A stretch of DNA of 64,000 bases, from positions 89,835-153,834 of the forward strand of contig NIVC01000614.1 of assembly GCA_002269645.1 (NCBI GenBank), given 5' to 3'. Origin of the DNA: Macrostomum lignano. Lineage: Eukaryota. The position numbers and the translations under genes were made by a program. Shown here in pieces: positions 33,218 to 44,690 of the stretch. The notes beneath the pieces were generated by a model. The model was not told the DNA's origin, did no database searches, and saw only the letters and a program-made list of their open reading frames with translations. Each line of letters opens with the position of its first letter. Within the stretch, counting starts at the first letter, position 1.

Positions 33218-36200
33218 CTAATTCTGCTGTTGCTTTTCTTGCTGCTGTTGCTGCTGTTGCTGCTGTTGTTGCTGTTGCGGCAGACTAAATTGCATTGGAC
33301 GCCTGTAGGTTGGTGAATTCCGGTATTCAGCCGCAGTCGTCTGCAGTTCCGCACTTTCATCCAAACTTTGCTGCTGCTTGAAGCCTCTGGCAGCCCAGAA
33401 ATTTGCCAGCTCCTGTTCCTCCTCCAAGCTCTGGTTAACCAGCACTTGACGGAGAAGATTTTCCAACTCGCCAGCCGTTAGCCCTGGCGTTGCACCTGCC
33501 CCACCGCTGCAGACTCCCGGAAGTCTCATCAACCGCCTGTCACCCGAGTCCTTGGTTGAGCAAGCTTTGAACAGGATGAAAACTAGTTCGACGAATTCGC
33601 ATACGCTCAACAGAGAGATGCCTGCAGTTGTAAAATGAAAAATATTGGTTAGGAAGCATTGAAACTTCGTAAATTTATGGATCAAAGTATCCAGTAAGAA
33701 TTATTTCAGGAATGGTAGCTTCAAAGAGTCATCTCATCTTTTAGGAAACTGGAGTCCAATGAATGGTATGTGCTCAACTAAAATATATATTTATTGAGGT
33801 CGCTTATACAATACACATACTCTAACATTGTGTTCTAAGGGCAGGTGGTTGTAGCCTAGTGGTTGGAGCGTCGGACTCATGACTGTAAGGTCGTGGGTTC
33901 GATTCTCGACCCATTCAGAACAATTTGTGTCCTTGAGCAAGACACTTAACTCTGCATTGCTTCAGTTCACCCAGCTGTAAAATGGGTGCCAGCATTAGCT
34001 GGGGTAATTGAGGGTGTGCATGGCGACCCCCCAGTCCTTGGACTGAACAGCCGTACGCAGCCTTCAGATGCGCTGCGCAAATAGCTGCGGCTGAGCTGTC
34101 GGTTGCACATCTGCCTATTGGGGTAGGTGTAATCAAATATTATTATTATATTGTCACTCTTATTATTAATATTATTATTACTATCGTTATTATTACTATT
34201 TCGGGCATATGACTGATAGTTAAATAACTTCTTGAATTAATGGATTCAAGCTTACTAAAAAAATTTCCATAAGCTAACAGGGCGAGTCGTGTCTGGCATG
34301 GATACATGCTACTTTGTCATAAGATAGCTTCAGGTAGAAACCTGGAATCTCTCATGAACTTTCCTGGCTGAAAATAAATTGGATTGTTTTGAATCTGAAC
34401 AGCATTCGATACTTTTTATTCTTATCTTACATTAAAAGCATTCCATCACGAGCCCAATGCACAATGGATCTACCAAAACAAGAAGGAAAGTAGTCACGAC
34501 TAAGCCTGTACGAGCGTAAATGCAAGTAGAGCAGTGAAGGTTGATTGGGGTAGTTTGTGCCGGTATTATAAAGGCTAATATCAAGCATTTGATGTACAAG
34601 GCAACGACTACAAAAAAATTCGTACTATTCGAGAATAATTCAACGAATTTTGTGAAACTTTATAGCAATTAGAACGAGCGTCATTAAAAGGTTACATTAT
34701 CGATTTTGAGTGCTTCAATGGGGAGATAGTGCACGGCTAGAGAGTGAATATAATGCCTAGACCACGAGTGCGCTTTGTACTCGTAGATTGGGCAGTTCAC
34801 TTTGTAGATTGGGCAGTTCACTTTGTAGATTGGGCAGTTCACTCTGTAGATTGGGCAGTTCACCCTGTAGATTGGGCAGTTCACTCTGTAGATTGGGCAG
34901 TTCACTTTGTAGATTGGGGTTAGCGCACTTGTGGTCTAGGCATTATTGCACTCTTAAGCCGTGCATCTATCACATTGACGACTGGTAGAGCCAACTGTGG
35001 AGAAGAATTCAAGTTTACCATAGACAAAAAGATCAATTAGCGTGCAATAATGCCTAATTGTCTGCACACTAAGTGATCTACCAAGTATTTTTATATAAAG
35101 TATTTTAACGTCTCTGGTAAAAGCCATGATTAACTGCTTTCACTTGTAGCTATACCATTAATGGATGGTACCAGCAATGATGTGGTGCACGATATAGCCA
35201 TTCTCCACTGGCATTGTATTATTTTGGGCGCCTATTACCCATAGACATTTGGAGCGTGCAACAATAAAGTAATCTGAGCGTGCAACAATACTTCAATGTT
35301 GCACGCTCCAAATATGTCTATGGCCCAAAGATCTGGGCAGTTTAGAGCAGTGAAGAGACGGGCCAAGCCAAGCCAAGCGAGGTCAGCGAGGTAATGCTAA
35401 ATATATACTGTCCGTCAAAAGTTCCGGAACCCTTGCTACGATGTCTTCTAGCGGACATAATTTCAGTCCGTTTCAATTGTAACTTGATTCAAATGAAAGC
35501 TGCGGATCTCAGCTCCATGCTGTGGTCAAGAAAAAAGTTTATTCGAAGGAGCGCGTATGAACATGCCAGTGTTATGTACATAAAGGTTAGAGAAAAAAAG
35601 TGAGGAAAAGACAAACAAGCAATTGTCTATGGTTGCTGAGTCTATGGAGCAAACACACAGGGCTATTTACACACTTGCTGCCGGCACACAAAAACAGATG
35701 GCGTCCTGAATTCTCAATAGCGAATTCTCAATAGCGAGTCGCGCCGCCCTGTGCACGAATTACAGCTTCGCAGCTTACAGCCTACAGTTTTGGCCATAGA
35801 CTAATGTTAGCCAGGCTGAACACTGCGCGCAAACCGATTCCTTCCCATGTGTGTTTGCTCCATAGACTCAGCAACCATAGACAATTGCTTGTTTGTCTTT
35901 TCCTCACTTTTATTCTCTAACCTTTATGTACATAACACTGGCCTGTTCATACGCGCTCCTTCGAATAAACTTTTTCTTGACCACATCATGGAGCTGAGAT
36001 CCGCAGCTTTCATTTGAATCAAGTTACAATTGAAACAGACTGAAATTATGTCCGCTAGAAGACATCGTAGCAAGGGTTCCGGAACTTTTGACGGACAGTA
36101 TAGCATTAAGTACTTAGCTCAGACGTTGGCTTCGGCCATAGACATTCAAAGCATGCAACAATCTGGCTTGATTGCTATACCCCTAAAAACCCCTCCAAAA

Positions 36201-38216
36201 TGATACAATGACCATTCTAACAACTTCGAACAAATTTAATCTGCAGTGCTGTTGTATGTTAGCAGAGAAGACACAGAGTATGCCCCCCAGCCCAATATTT
36301 TGTTGTCTAGGGCACAACCTATTATTTTATCATAAAGTAGTTACAAGATGAATCCCAAGAGGAGTTTGTATCAACCGGAGCAATGCGATAGCTCGAACCG
36401 CTTAAGCAAACCATTGCCTTCTTACTTAAATGTAGCAGCTCCACGTCGGAGCAGAAGACATAACAAGTGCTCTAAAATAGTATTTTTGAGAGAATTATTA
36501 AAATAATTAGCATAAGTTGAAGCCCACCGCTGTCTCACCCATCCACAGACCGAAGATGCCTCCAATTTCGCTGAGAGCCTCCGGCCAGTCGTAGCTGTAG
36601 TCCTCCATGTACACCGCGGCCCTCGGTGAGTCCGGCTTGATCCACACTCTAGCTACGTTAGTGATCAACTTGTGCTTTGACAAGCACCAGGCGTCTTCTA
36701 AACTGCTATTAAGACCACCAGGCTTGCAGGTTGCGTTGAAAAGGTTTTTAAGCACCGACTGTCCCCGACTCGAATTAGAACTGCCGAGCAGATGATGTAG
36801 TCTGGATGATTTGTATTCCTTCGGTTCAGTAAAGCGCGGCAGGACAATATAGTTGACAAAGTCGATTAGTTCGTCGTTTCTTGGCCAGGACACCTCAGTC
36901 TTTGTGGCATGCAGTTTCCAATTGTTGCATGGTGTGTAACCTTCCATGGTTTGCATTAGGTCGGCGGTCCGACTTTCCGCTTCCTGGTAGGCAGCATCGT
37001 GACAGTTCATCCGATCAAGCAGAGCTCGAGACGGTTCATGCCGTTCCCCATGCGGCGCAAACATGCACAAGGTCGACGTATTGTGACGAAACGGTAGCAG
37101 GTGCGAATAGCAGCTGCAGGTTTCGTACACCATGCGTTGCTTGGCCTCAATTACGGCTAGCGACTGCGTGAGACTGTAATTTTTAAACCCGACTCCCGTT
37201 GAATTATCTCCAAAGAACCGCACGTAGAGTATCTCATCTGGTGTCTTCTCCTGGCACACATGCTCCGGAGGGATGTTTAACGCGTTCACCTGCACCTCGG
37301 AGAACTCAATGGTTGTCGAGGCCCCACTCGAGATGTCATAAGCCAGGCCAGTTGTCATCGGGTGTTGGCCTTCTCGGTGGACAAAAATTCGCAGACCCTC
37401 AGCTTCCCAGCTGTTCCCGGTGAGAACCTGGTTCATGGTGCGATCACCGACGCTGAGATACTCCTCCAGGTCGTACGGCCGGTGCATTTCGTCATCTGCG
37501 CTTTTTTTACGCTCGTAAAGTGTCTGTTGGTTAAGTCGATCGTCATCAAAGTTTGAGTCGGTGAATAAAATTAACTTCAGTCCACTATTCTGATCGCTAC
37601 TGTCGATGCTTCTATCGCCGTTCGTTGGTAAAAACGTGTAGCAGTTCCAGTAGCGATTATGCTGGATCAGCTTTAGATTGTCGCTGTTGCACTGGCGACC
37701 TTTGTAGACGCACGAGAGCAGCATGTGCAGATCGCTCTGGCCAAAGTCGCGCGTGTCGTCCGTAGCCCAGAACACATCCATGTAGGTTTTGAACAGGTCT
37801 CTCTGGCGCAGCTTGTAATCGACTCGCGTCTCATTAAATCGTCGCTTTCGCTTCTCCGGTAGCCAGTTGCGAAAGAAATTCCAATTGTTCTCCAGGTGCT
37901 GGAAAAGCAGACTCCGCTCTGAGGGCGTATGAAGCAGCGTTTCTGACACTGGCTTCAAATTGCAAATTGTCACGTCGGGAAAAGTGGCCGAGACTCCCTC
38001 GTCTCTAAAGATACTGGTGATTGGCGACTCCAAGTAGTTAGAGATGGTTGCGTAGGTGTGGTAGAAGCAGGCCGCACACCCACCGAAGGTCAGGATCACC
38101 CAGAAGGCGCGTCGCCACGGATCCCCGCTCTGGTGCATGTGGCTGAGGCCATGGAGCGTAGAGCGCTGGCCGTAGTCGTGCAGCACGGAGACCGCCGCTT
38201 TCAGATTCGGGGGCAT
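33218..38216 (-). CDS. DEG/ENaC family sodium channel, FaNaC-like; exons 38216-36539 and 33621-33218
   Basis: N-terminal STLHGLSHM (HG motif), TM1 RRAFWVILTFGG, FPDVTICNL, YWNCYTF, Cys-rich thumb. TM2 LSEIGGIFGLWM|GISLLSVCEFVEL is joined across a phase-1 intron (g|gtgaga...ctgcag|gc) and carries the GxS filter. Poly-Q C-terminus. Confidence 0.93.
33842..34195 (+). mobile_element. Full-length tRNA-derived SINE with CORE-like central domain and (ATT)n tail
   Basis: A-box TAGCCTAGTGGT and B-box GGTTCGATTC, then TGTGTCCTTGAGCAAGACACTTAACTCTGCATTGCTTCAGTTCACCCAGCTGTAAAATGGG, which resembles the MIR/CORE consensus as I recall it. (TAT)n tail. Second copy at 19117-19362. Confidence 0.88.
34730..34964. 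mobile_element. MITE-like element with ~45-bp imperfect TIRs enclosing a 21-bp minisatellite (TTGTAGATTGGGCAGTTCACT)n, ~6-7 copies
   Basis: ATAATGCCTAGACCACGAGTGCGCT (34749-34773) versus AGCGCACTTGTGGTCTAGGCATTAT (34922-34946). Pairing extends outward to GCACGGCT/AGCCGTGC. Confidence 0.85.
35239..35323. mobile_element. 85-bp palindromic mini-element (CCATAGACATTTGGAGCGTGCAACA...TGTTGCACGCTCCAAATATGTCTATGG)
   Basis: Near-perfect ~25-bp inverted ends. A related end, CCATAGACATTCAAAGCATGCAACA, occurs at 36136. Confidence 0.75.
35408..36098. mobile_element. Fold-back MITE with ~250-bp near-identical TIRs, TA-flanked, Tc1/mariner-like termini
   Basis: Arms ~35408-35659 and ~35848-36098 are reverse complements with few mismatches. 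Ends are TA|CTGTCCGTCAAAAGTTCCGGAAC and GTTCCGGAACTTTTGACGGACAG|TA. Confidence 0.85.
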
Positions 38217-40117
38217 GGCTGACTTTATGATATCTAGTTACTTCCAGAGAGTTAATTCAGATCGACTTAGTCTTTGTGGGCAAGAGCTTTTGCAAATAGC
38301 AGAAGTATATCAATGTTCTTGGCTGTAGCTTCGGGCTGATGGAAGCCAATGAAAGTTCGCGCAGTGCTTTGATTTGCTGCAGTCGAAGTTCATCACCTTA
38401 CGGGCTGGCTTTTCGTGAGCTAATAAGCAGGGCGGAGCCATGGCTATGTTATTTTTTTCGCTCAACCATCAAGCTGCACGGCGGGGGGTCGTGGGTTTGG
38501 GTCCAGAACTTTTCCCATGTTGGTTGCCTATCTAACATACCTGCTTTAGCTTCCTTCGATTCAGAAAGACTGTATAATCAGCGAAATCTTTCGACAACAA
38601 GAACGCTGCCGGCGTTGTACGAAAAGCTTTTTCCTAGCCGTTGGTTGCAACTTTTCAAGCTCCTCCCCCACCTCAGTGAAAGGTTCCTCTCTGGGCCGAA
38701 AACTCCCATCGGGGCAGTGGAGAAAATTGGGCTGCCAGCCACCCTTCTCGCAGGCTTCTTTCCGGACTTTTTCGAAACCGAATTGTAGTGCAAAGTCGGT
38801 CGATCGAACGAGTGAGGGCAACGGATTAGTCCACAGCCGTGCCATTCGAAAATTGGAATCGAGCCCCTAGTTGCACAGTTTTTAATTACTCACATTGGCT
38901 TCGCATGTCTGCAGTGAGGATTCTCTTCTGGCAGAATGCACTGGTCCCTCTGAGCATGTAGGAAGGCCCAAAGGGAATTCTCCTGAAACTAAAAACTTTT
39001 ACGGGTTTTTAAATACTCTAGAGAATTATCCAATTGGGTAGAGGAAGTAATAAATTGAAATTACACTGCGTGGCCTCTAGAGAAGTGTTCGAGTTTCATT
39101 TTCTACGATACTGATTTAATTTTGGGCTGTCCTGCCAGCCTATGTATAGTAGTATTCTTCCAACTTCAAATATGATCGGCGAACTTGTGAACCTGTCTAT
39201 CGGATCAAACACAAAACTATCGACGTCCATGACAGATATGTTACTTTTACAATTCACCGAAGTTAATCAGCCGACGTATGATGTCGTTAAAGGTCGATTT
39301 GTCCTTTTGATCAACTGAAAAATCCTATGTATTTTACGAATTTATTAAAGAAATTTGGCCTTCTGAACCTAAATCAGAACATAGAAAGCATAAAATTTCA
39401 CAGGCAAGCTTTTTCCCTAACGTTAAAATTTTAGGTTGTGAATGATTATTATAGATTATGAGGAATTTTAAAGTTCCGGTCCCTTTTTCGATGGTACCAA
39501 AAAACCATAAATGAACCTTTTTTAAAGTCCTTCTAGGTTTCTAAATCCTTCCAATTTTTATAAAAATCCATTTGTAGACAGAGTTCATATGTAAACGTTT
39601 CATTTGGAAACCGTGCTGTTCAATTCAATTCCAGCATACTTCCAAGGCCATTCAGTCTGCTTTCGTGGACAAATCTGCTGACAGAATACACCTGACGAAA
39701 TCGCGTTTGTTAGGGGATTTTTCATCGTTCGAGGTTTGTTGATTGGGAAATTATTCTACACTGACGAATTGGCTGACGTATTATCGGCTGCAGCATCAGT
39801 CTGCGCAGTAGGCAGTAGCCCACCTGAGAGGCATTCGAATTGAAGCAAGCAAATTGAAAAAACTGCTTATTGTTTAAATCGAGAAACAGCTTCAGAAAAA
39901 GCCACTTCCGTTTGAAAAATGAACAAAAATACGAGCCTATGGTTGTCAGTTGTTTTCATTTCATGCTGTAAAATATACGAGCGCACATTTAGTTTATTCA
40001 CTCAGTTCGGCACTCAGTTATTGCTTTCACTTTTATCAGATTATATGTTCAAGAGCTCGTCAGTCCCCTTAATTGTTTTACGCTCAACTCAGTTCCGTTA
40101 CTAAACCACAACTACAA

Positions 40118-41936
40118 CTACTTGTCGCGCCAAGCGGCCTCGACCTCGCGCATAAGACTCAGGCAGGCCTCGTCCCGCCAAGGCAGAGCCGCGCACTGAA
40201 CGCTCACCGGCAGGCCTTCGCTGCCAGCCTGCATGCGCGCTACTGTCGCATGACTAACCGACCTGCCAGCGGGGTAGTTCGACATCGCTGCTACGTCGCT
40301 TGCGGTCACCCTGGTAACTGGCACGCTGCCAGCGGGGAAGTTAAACAAGTTGTAAAGTACCAGATAGCTTAAACAGCCGTTGAATGGTGACTTCGGCTCC
40401 AAATCAACTGCTGGACAGCCGAGCGCTGGACAAATAATAGCGTCGAGTTTATCTTCTCGCCAGCGGTGCGTGAATTCCTCGCGTAAACTGGTCACCTCTT
40501 GGTTGAAGTACCACATGCTCAACACGTTGGGCATTGGGACGCTCGACCTGAGCCATTCTTCGGTCTCAGAGTCACCTGTCAAACGGCACCATCGCTGACG
40601 GACCCATCTACCTGGCCAAGGTACCTGTAAATGAACAGCGGGTAGTCATGAAAAAGTGCATGAGGTGCTGTTCAAGACCTACAAAATCGAAGCCTACTTG
40701 AATCGCGTGCAGTCCTAGCTTGACAGCGTATGATACTCGATCACCGTTCAAAGCATCATCAAGTATGCCGGCGCCATCGCAGGTCACAGCGCGCAGGTAG
40801 GTCTCCATCAGGTTTAGTCGACGAATTGGCGGGTCCCAAGGTACCATTGTATGGCCCCGACTTGCCAGTCGATCAACTGTTTCTTTCACAGCCCGTTCAG
40901 CGCTCGGTACTGCCTGGAACTGGTGATCGTACAAGTAGAATCCAATTCGAAGGGGACGCGACTCAACATAGATGGTCTCATTGAAGCCCAGCGGCGGGAC
41001 GCCCGGATCAATTTGATCGTGCAATTCGCTGTTGCAGAAGGCCTTCATGAAGGTCGCAAGCGAAGCAACATCCGGTCCCATCGGGCCCCAAGACGCTGGC
41101 ACAAGTTTCTGAACGCTGACACTACGCTGTCCCTGACGCGACAGTCGCCCACTAGTCGGCTTGAATCCGGCGATGCCGCACCATGCCGCAGGCAGACGAA
41201 TGCTGCCTCCAATGTCGGAGCCGAGGCCTAACGGTGAACCGCCAGCGGCAATCAACGCCGCTTCACCGGAGCTGCTGCCACCAGGTGACCTATTCTCTGC
41301 TGTTGGGTGCTTCACCGCTCCCTCGATAGGGTTGTGGCTGAGTACACTCATCATCGTCTGAGGCACGCTGGTGCGGACAAAAGGCACACCACCTAGGGCT
41401 CGCAGGATTTTCACCGTGGAACAGTCCTCCGTTGGCAATGGTTTCTCAGCAAAGGCCGCCAGTCCAAAGCAGCTGTATTTACCCTTTACAGCCATGCTCT
41501 CCTTGATGCTGATTGGTAGACCTGCGAGTGGGCCGTCTAGATTGACTTCGGCCAGGTCCGGCTGCAAGAACTCGATGACGCAGTTCAGGTCGCGGTCAAC
41601 TTCGTAAGCTCTTGCCTGGTAAGCAAGTAGAACGCGTGCGGGATCCAGTGACTTGGCTCGCAGCCGACTCAGTAGCTCGCCGGTGCTTAGACTCAAAATT
41701 TCCGACTTCTCACTGTCTGTCAGCTGCTGTCGACGCACCTCCTCGTTAATGTGCTCGCCAAAGCGAGTCTTTGCCTCTCGATAGGCTGCCTGGAGACGAG
41801 AGCGAAGCGCGGACAGATGTCGCGAACGCCGCCAACGACGTACCAGTCGAGAGGCGCTTAATAACCCGACTGCGGTTGCTGCAACAGCAGCTGCCGTCAC
41901 CACTGACGAAGAAGTCACAGTTTCACCGCCGGGCAT
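40118..41936 (-). CDS. FAAH: Fatty acid amide hydrolase (amidase-signature family); exons 41936-40698 and 40624-40118
   Basis: PISIKES (catalytic Lys), GGSSSGEAALIAAGGSPLGLGSDIGGSIRLPAAWCG (Ser-cisSer), N-terminal hydrophobic anchor, and C-terminal GLPVSVQCAALPWRDEACL. The 73-nt intron gtaggc...tttacag is phase 0. Confidence 0.93.
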
Positions 41937-44690
41937 TTCAGGTCAAGCTCCTACGACAGGCGTTTGATTGCAGAATGTTTTTGTTTTAAAACTCGGCAGA
42001 CTGCTTTCCTTGCCTTGAGCAGGCTTATTGAAAATTCTGCTCGTGGCTTCTCGAGCATGAGAGAAAAATGGCGCAGAGCACAGGTGTCTTGCATTGATAT
42101 ATGGGCGGTATTAGTTGTTCTTATCTGTGTTTCTAGCTGGCCCTATAAGACTAATATGCGTAATATATACCCTGGGCATTGATGCAACTAACTTTGATTG
42201 TAACCTACAGAAGATAAGGACTGTATAAGGCTGTATTAAAAGAGGTACTACAGTAAAATATATCCAAAAAAGTAAGAATACAACGTTCTACGGTAAAAAT
42301 ACAGTACGATATTTTTCTGCTTACTACGACCTACCAACTAGGCGATAATGACTACATTGATTATAGGCAGTATGGTTCAGTAAATATCTTTCATGTTTGA
42401 AAGCTTCAACTTTGGCTGCTATGCAAACGTTTAACGTTGAAACTAAGTAAGCTTCGATAAATAAAAAACGGAATAAAAAACTGCCGAAAAAAATTACTGA
42501 ATTATAAAATTTCTTGCTTTGTAACATAATTGCACACTAATTTATTATACGTGTGTTCGTTCCGTTGATGTTTGAACGTACGCTCATACATCAAAACTGA
42601 ATAGCAAACGACTGCACGCAAAGTTGCATGATAACAATTTCTTGACTGATATTTCTTTCTTAATTGGACCGCTACGCATTGAGAACTTTATTCAGGACGA
42701 CACTGGAAGAAGCAGAACGTCTATAGTTTTAGGGAAAAACATTAATGTAAAAGGCTTTTTGATGTGCCATATTACAGTGAATATCAGTCAATCAGTTCAA
42801 TTTAACTGCATTAAACACGCGTTTAGAACGAAAAAAAAACAATCAACTCAAAATGGCGCCAAAAAGAAACTAAAGAAAAACAAAAACCGATTTCTCACAA
42901 ATAGCATAACACCCATGAGTTAAACAAATTAATATACAGTTCTTTCAAACAAAATTAAACGATAAAGAAGTATTTTTGATTAGTAGTAGGAGCATTTATA
43001 CACTGAAAAATTAAATATACATCTGGAGACAAAGTCAAACTGAAATTTAATTAATTATTTCGATGTGAAGCAGTCAAAAAAATTTTTACCACCACTCAGC
43101 CATTACCTACGCGGCTTCATTTTTTGACTTCCTTTGCAACTATCTTATAAAAATGTACAATAAATCTCTGCCCGAAGTGAATTCCTTCGATCGCAGGCGG
43201 CAGGCAAGAGTCCAGCTAGCAGCGCGCCTCCTCACTCCGCGATCCGTCGCCAGTCGGGGCGAAACACCGAAGAGTCAAAAGGAGGCGCCGAACCCCGGAA
43301 AAAGAGATTTCCGGGGAGCTCTGACAAGCGACTCAAAAATTGCCGACAACGGACCGAAAAGTTTTCCACTCCGAATAGCAGGGAAATCATGAAACTATAT
43401 TGAATTTAAACTTATTTAAATATTTAAATACATAAATGGCATCTGGTGGTGAAAAAGCATTTTTAACTGCTTGCCTGCTAGAGTATCAGGAAACTGGGGG
43501 TAAACAAACTTTGGTAGGACCAAAAGTTTTAAGACATGCATAGATTATTAAGAGCCAATATAATAGGGCATTAACATATACCTTCCTCGTGTAAAAGTTA
43601 TTTTAGTCGGGATAAATTAAGTTGCCTTCAGCTAGGACTTTGATAATTGATGCGCAATGTCTGTAGCTAAAGCGATTTAAATAGATTTTAGTTGCCATGT
43701 CGTAGCTTTGGAGCGGAATGATAGGCATTTTACGAGTTGCGAGGGGTGAGGTGACAATTAAGGCTATAATAGTTGTTAAATAAAAAATTTGCTTACCTCC
43801 GGGTCAAATCATGACAGATAGAAACACGTGCATGAAGCGGGAACTGATATTGAATTGATATCTCAAGGTCTTTCAGTGTCATCGGGGCCAACAATCGTGA
43901 TATTATCTTATCAAATTGCATGCACATGCCAAATTTCAAAAAGGGATAAAAGCGAGAAACACAAACAGTAAGGAACAAACAAAACCTGTTAAGGTCACGG
44001 AACCAGTAATAACAAACCAAGGGGAGTTAGAAAAAAAACAAAATTATAAAGCAGGGATTTGAGAGGATCTTATTAAGGCCATGGAAGACGCCTCAAACAT
44101 GGCATTCTAAAATAACGGATTGAATTAAAGCAAAAAAACTCGGTTCAAAAGTTTAACAAACTGTACAGACGACGGAGGAGGAGAATGAGACATTTAGAGG
44201 GCATGCGCAGAGCTTCAAAGCAGCGCAATAAAGTACGATATTCAACTGTCTTGGACAATGACTATTCGATGATTGACTTGTCATGGATGTTTCACTACAC
44301 ATCGATTCAACAGTGACTATTAGCCATTTGAAATGGTGCGAAAAAACTTAAGTTATAGTATTTAGTAATAATAATTGCGTCGTCATGAAAATTGCATTTT
44401 TGATGCACACACAAGAATAAATCCGTACATAATGCCTTGAATATGGTCAGCAATTAGGAATGACAAAATGACAAAGAAGAATCAGACGCTCATGTTTTCA
44501 AAAAAACAAAAGAAATACAATGTCAGGTAAAGTGAGTGCTGCATCAGAGTCAAAAAAATCGATGTAAGTAAGTTACTCTTACATCGATAAATAAACAAAA
44601 TAAAAAGCAAAAAGCTTTTTTCAGTCTAAGTTTGCATCACCCTACTTATCGTCTTGTACGCCAGTAGTCTGTATAGCGCAGTGCAGTGGC

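Noticed and set aside
38339-38870. Overlapping 64-149 aa ORFs upstream of the DEG/ENaC start
   Set aside because: No recognisable domain and ORFs on both strands; more likely 5' UTR or regulatory sequence.
43153-43392. GC-rich 79-aa ORF island
   Set aside because: No homology recognised and no convincing splice sites; could be a promoter or UTR, but I cannot support a call.
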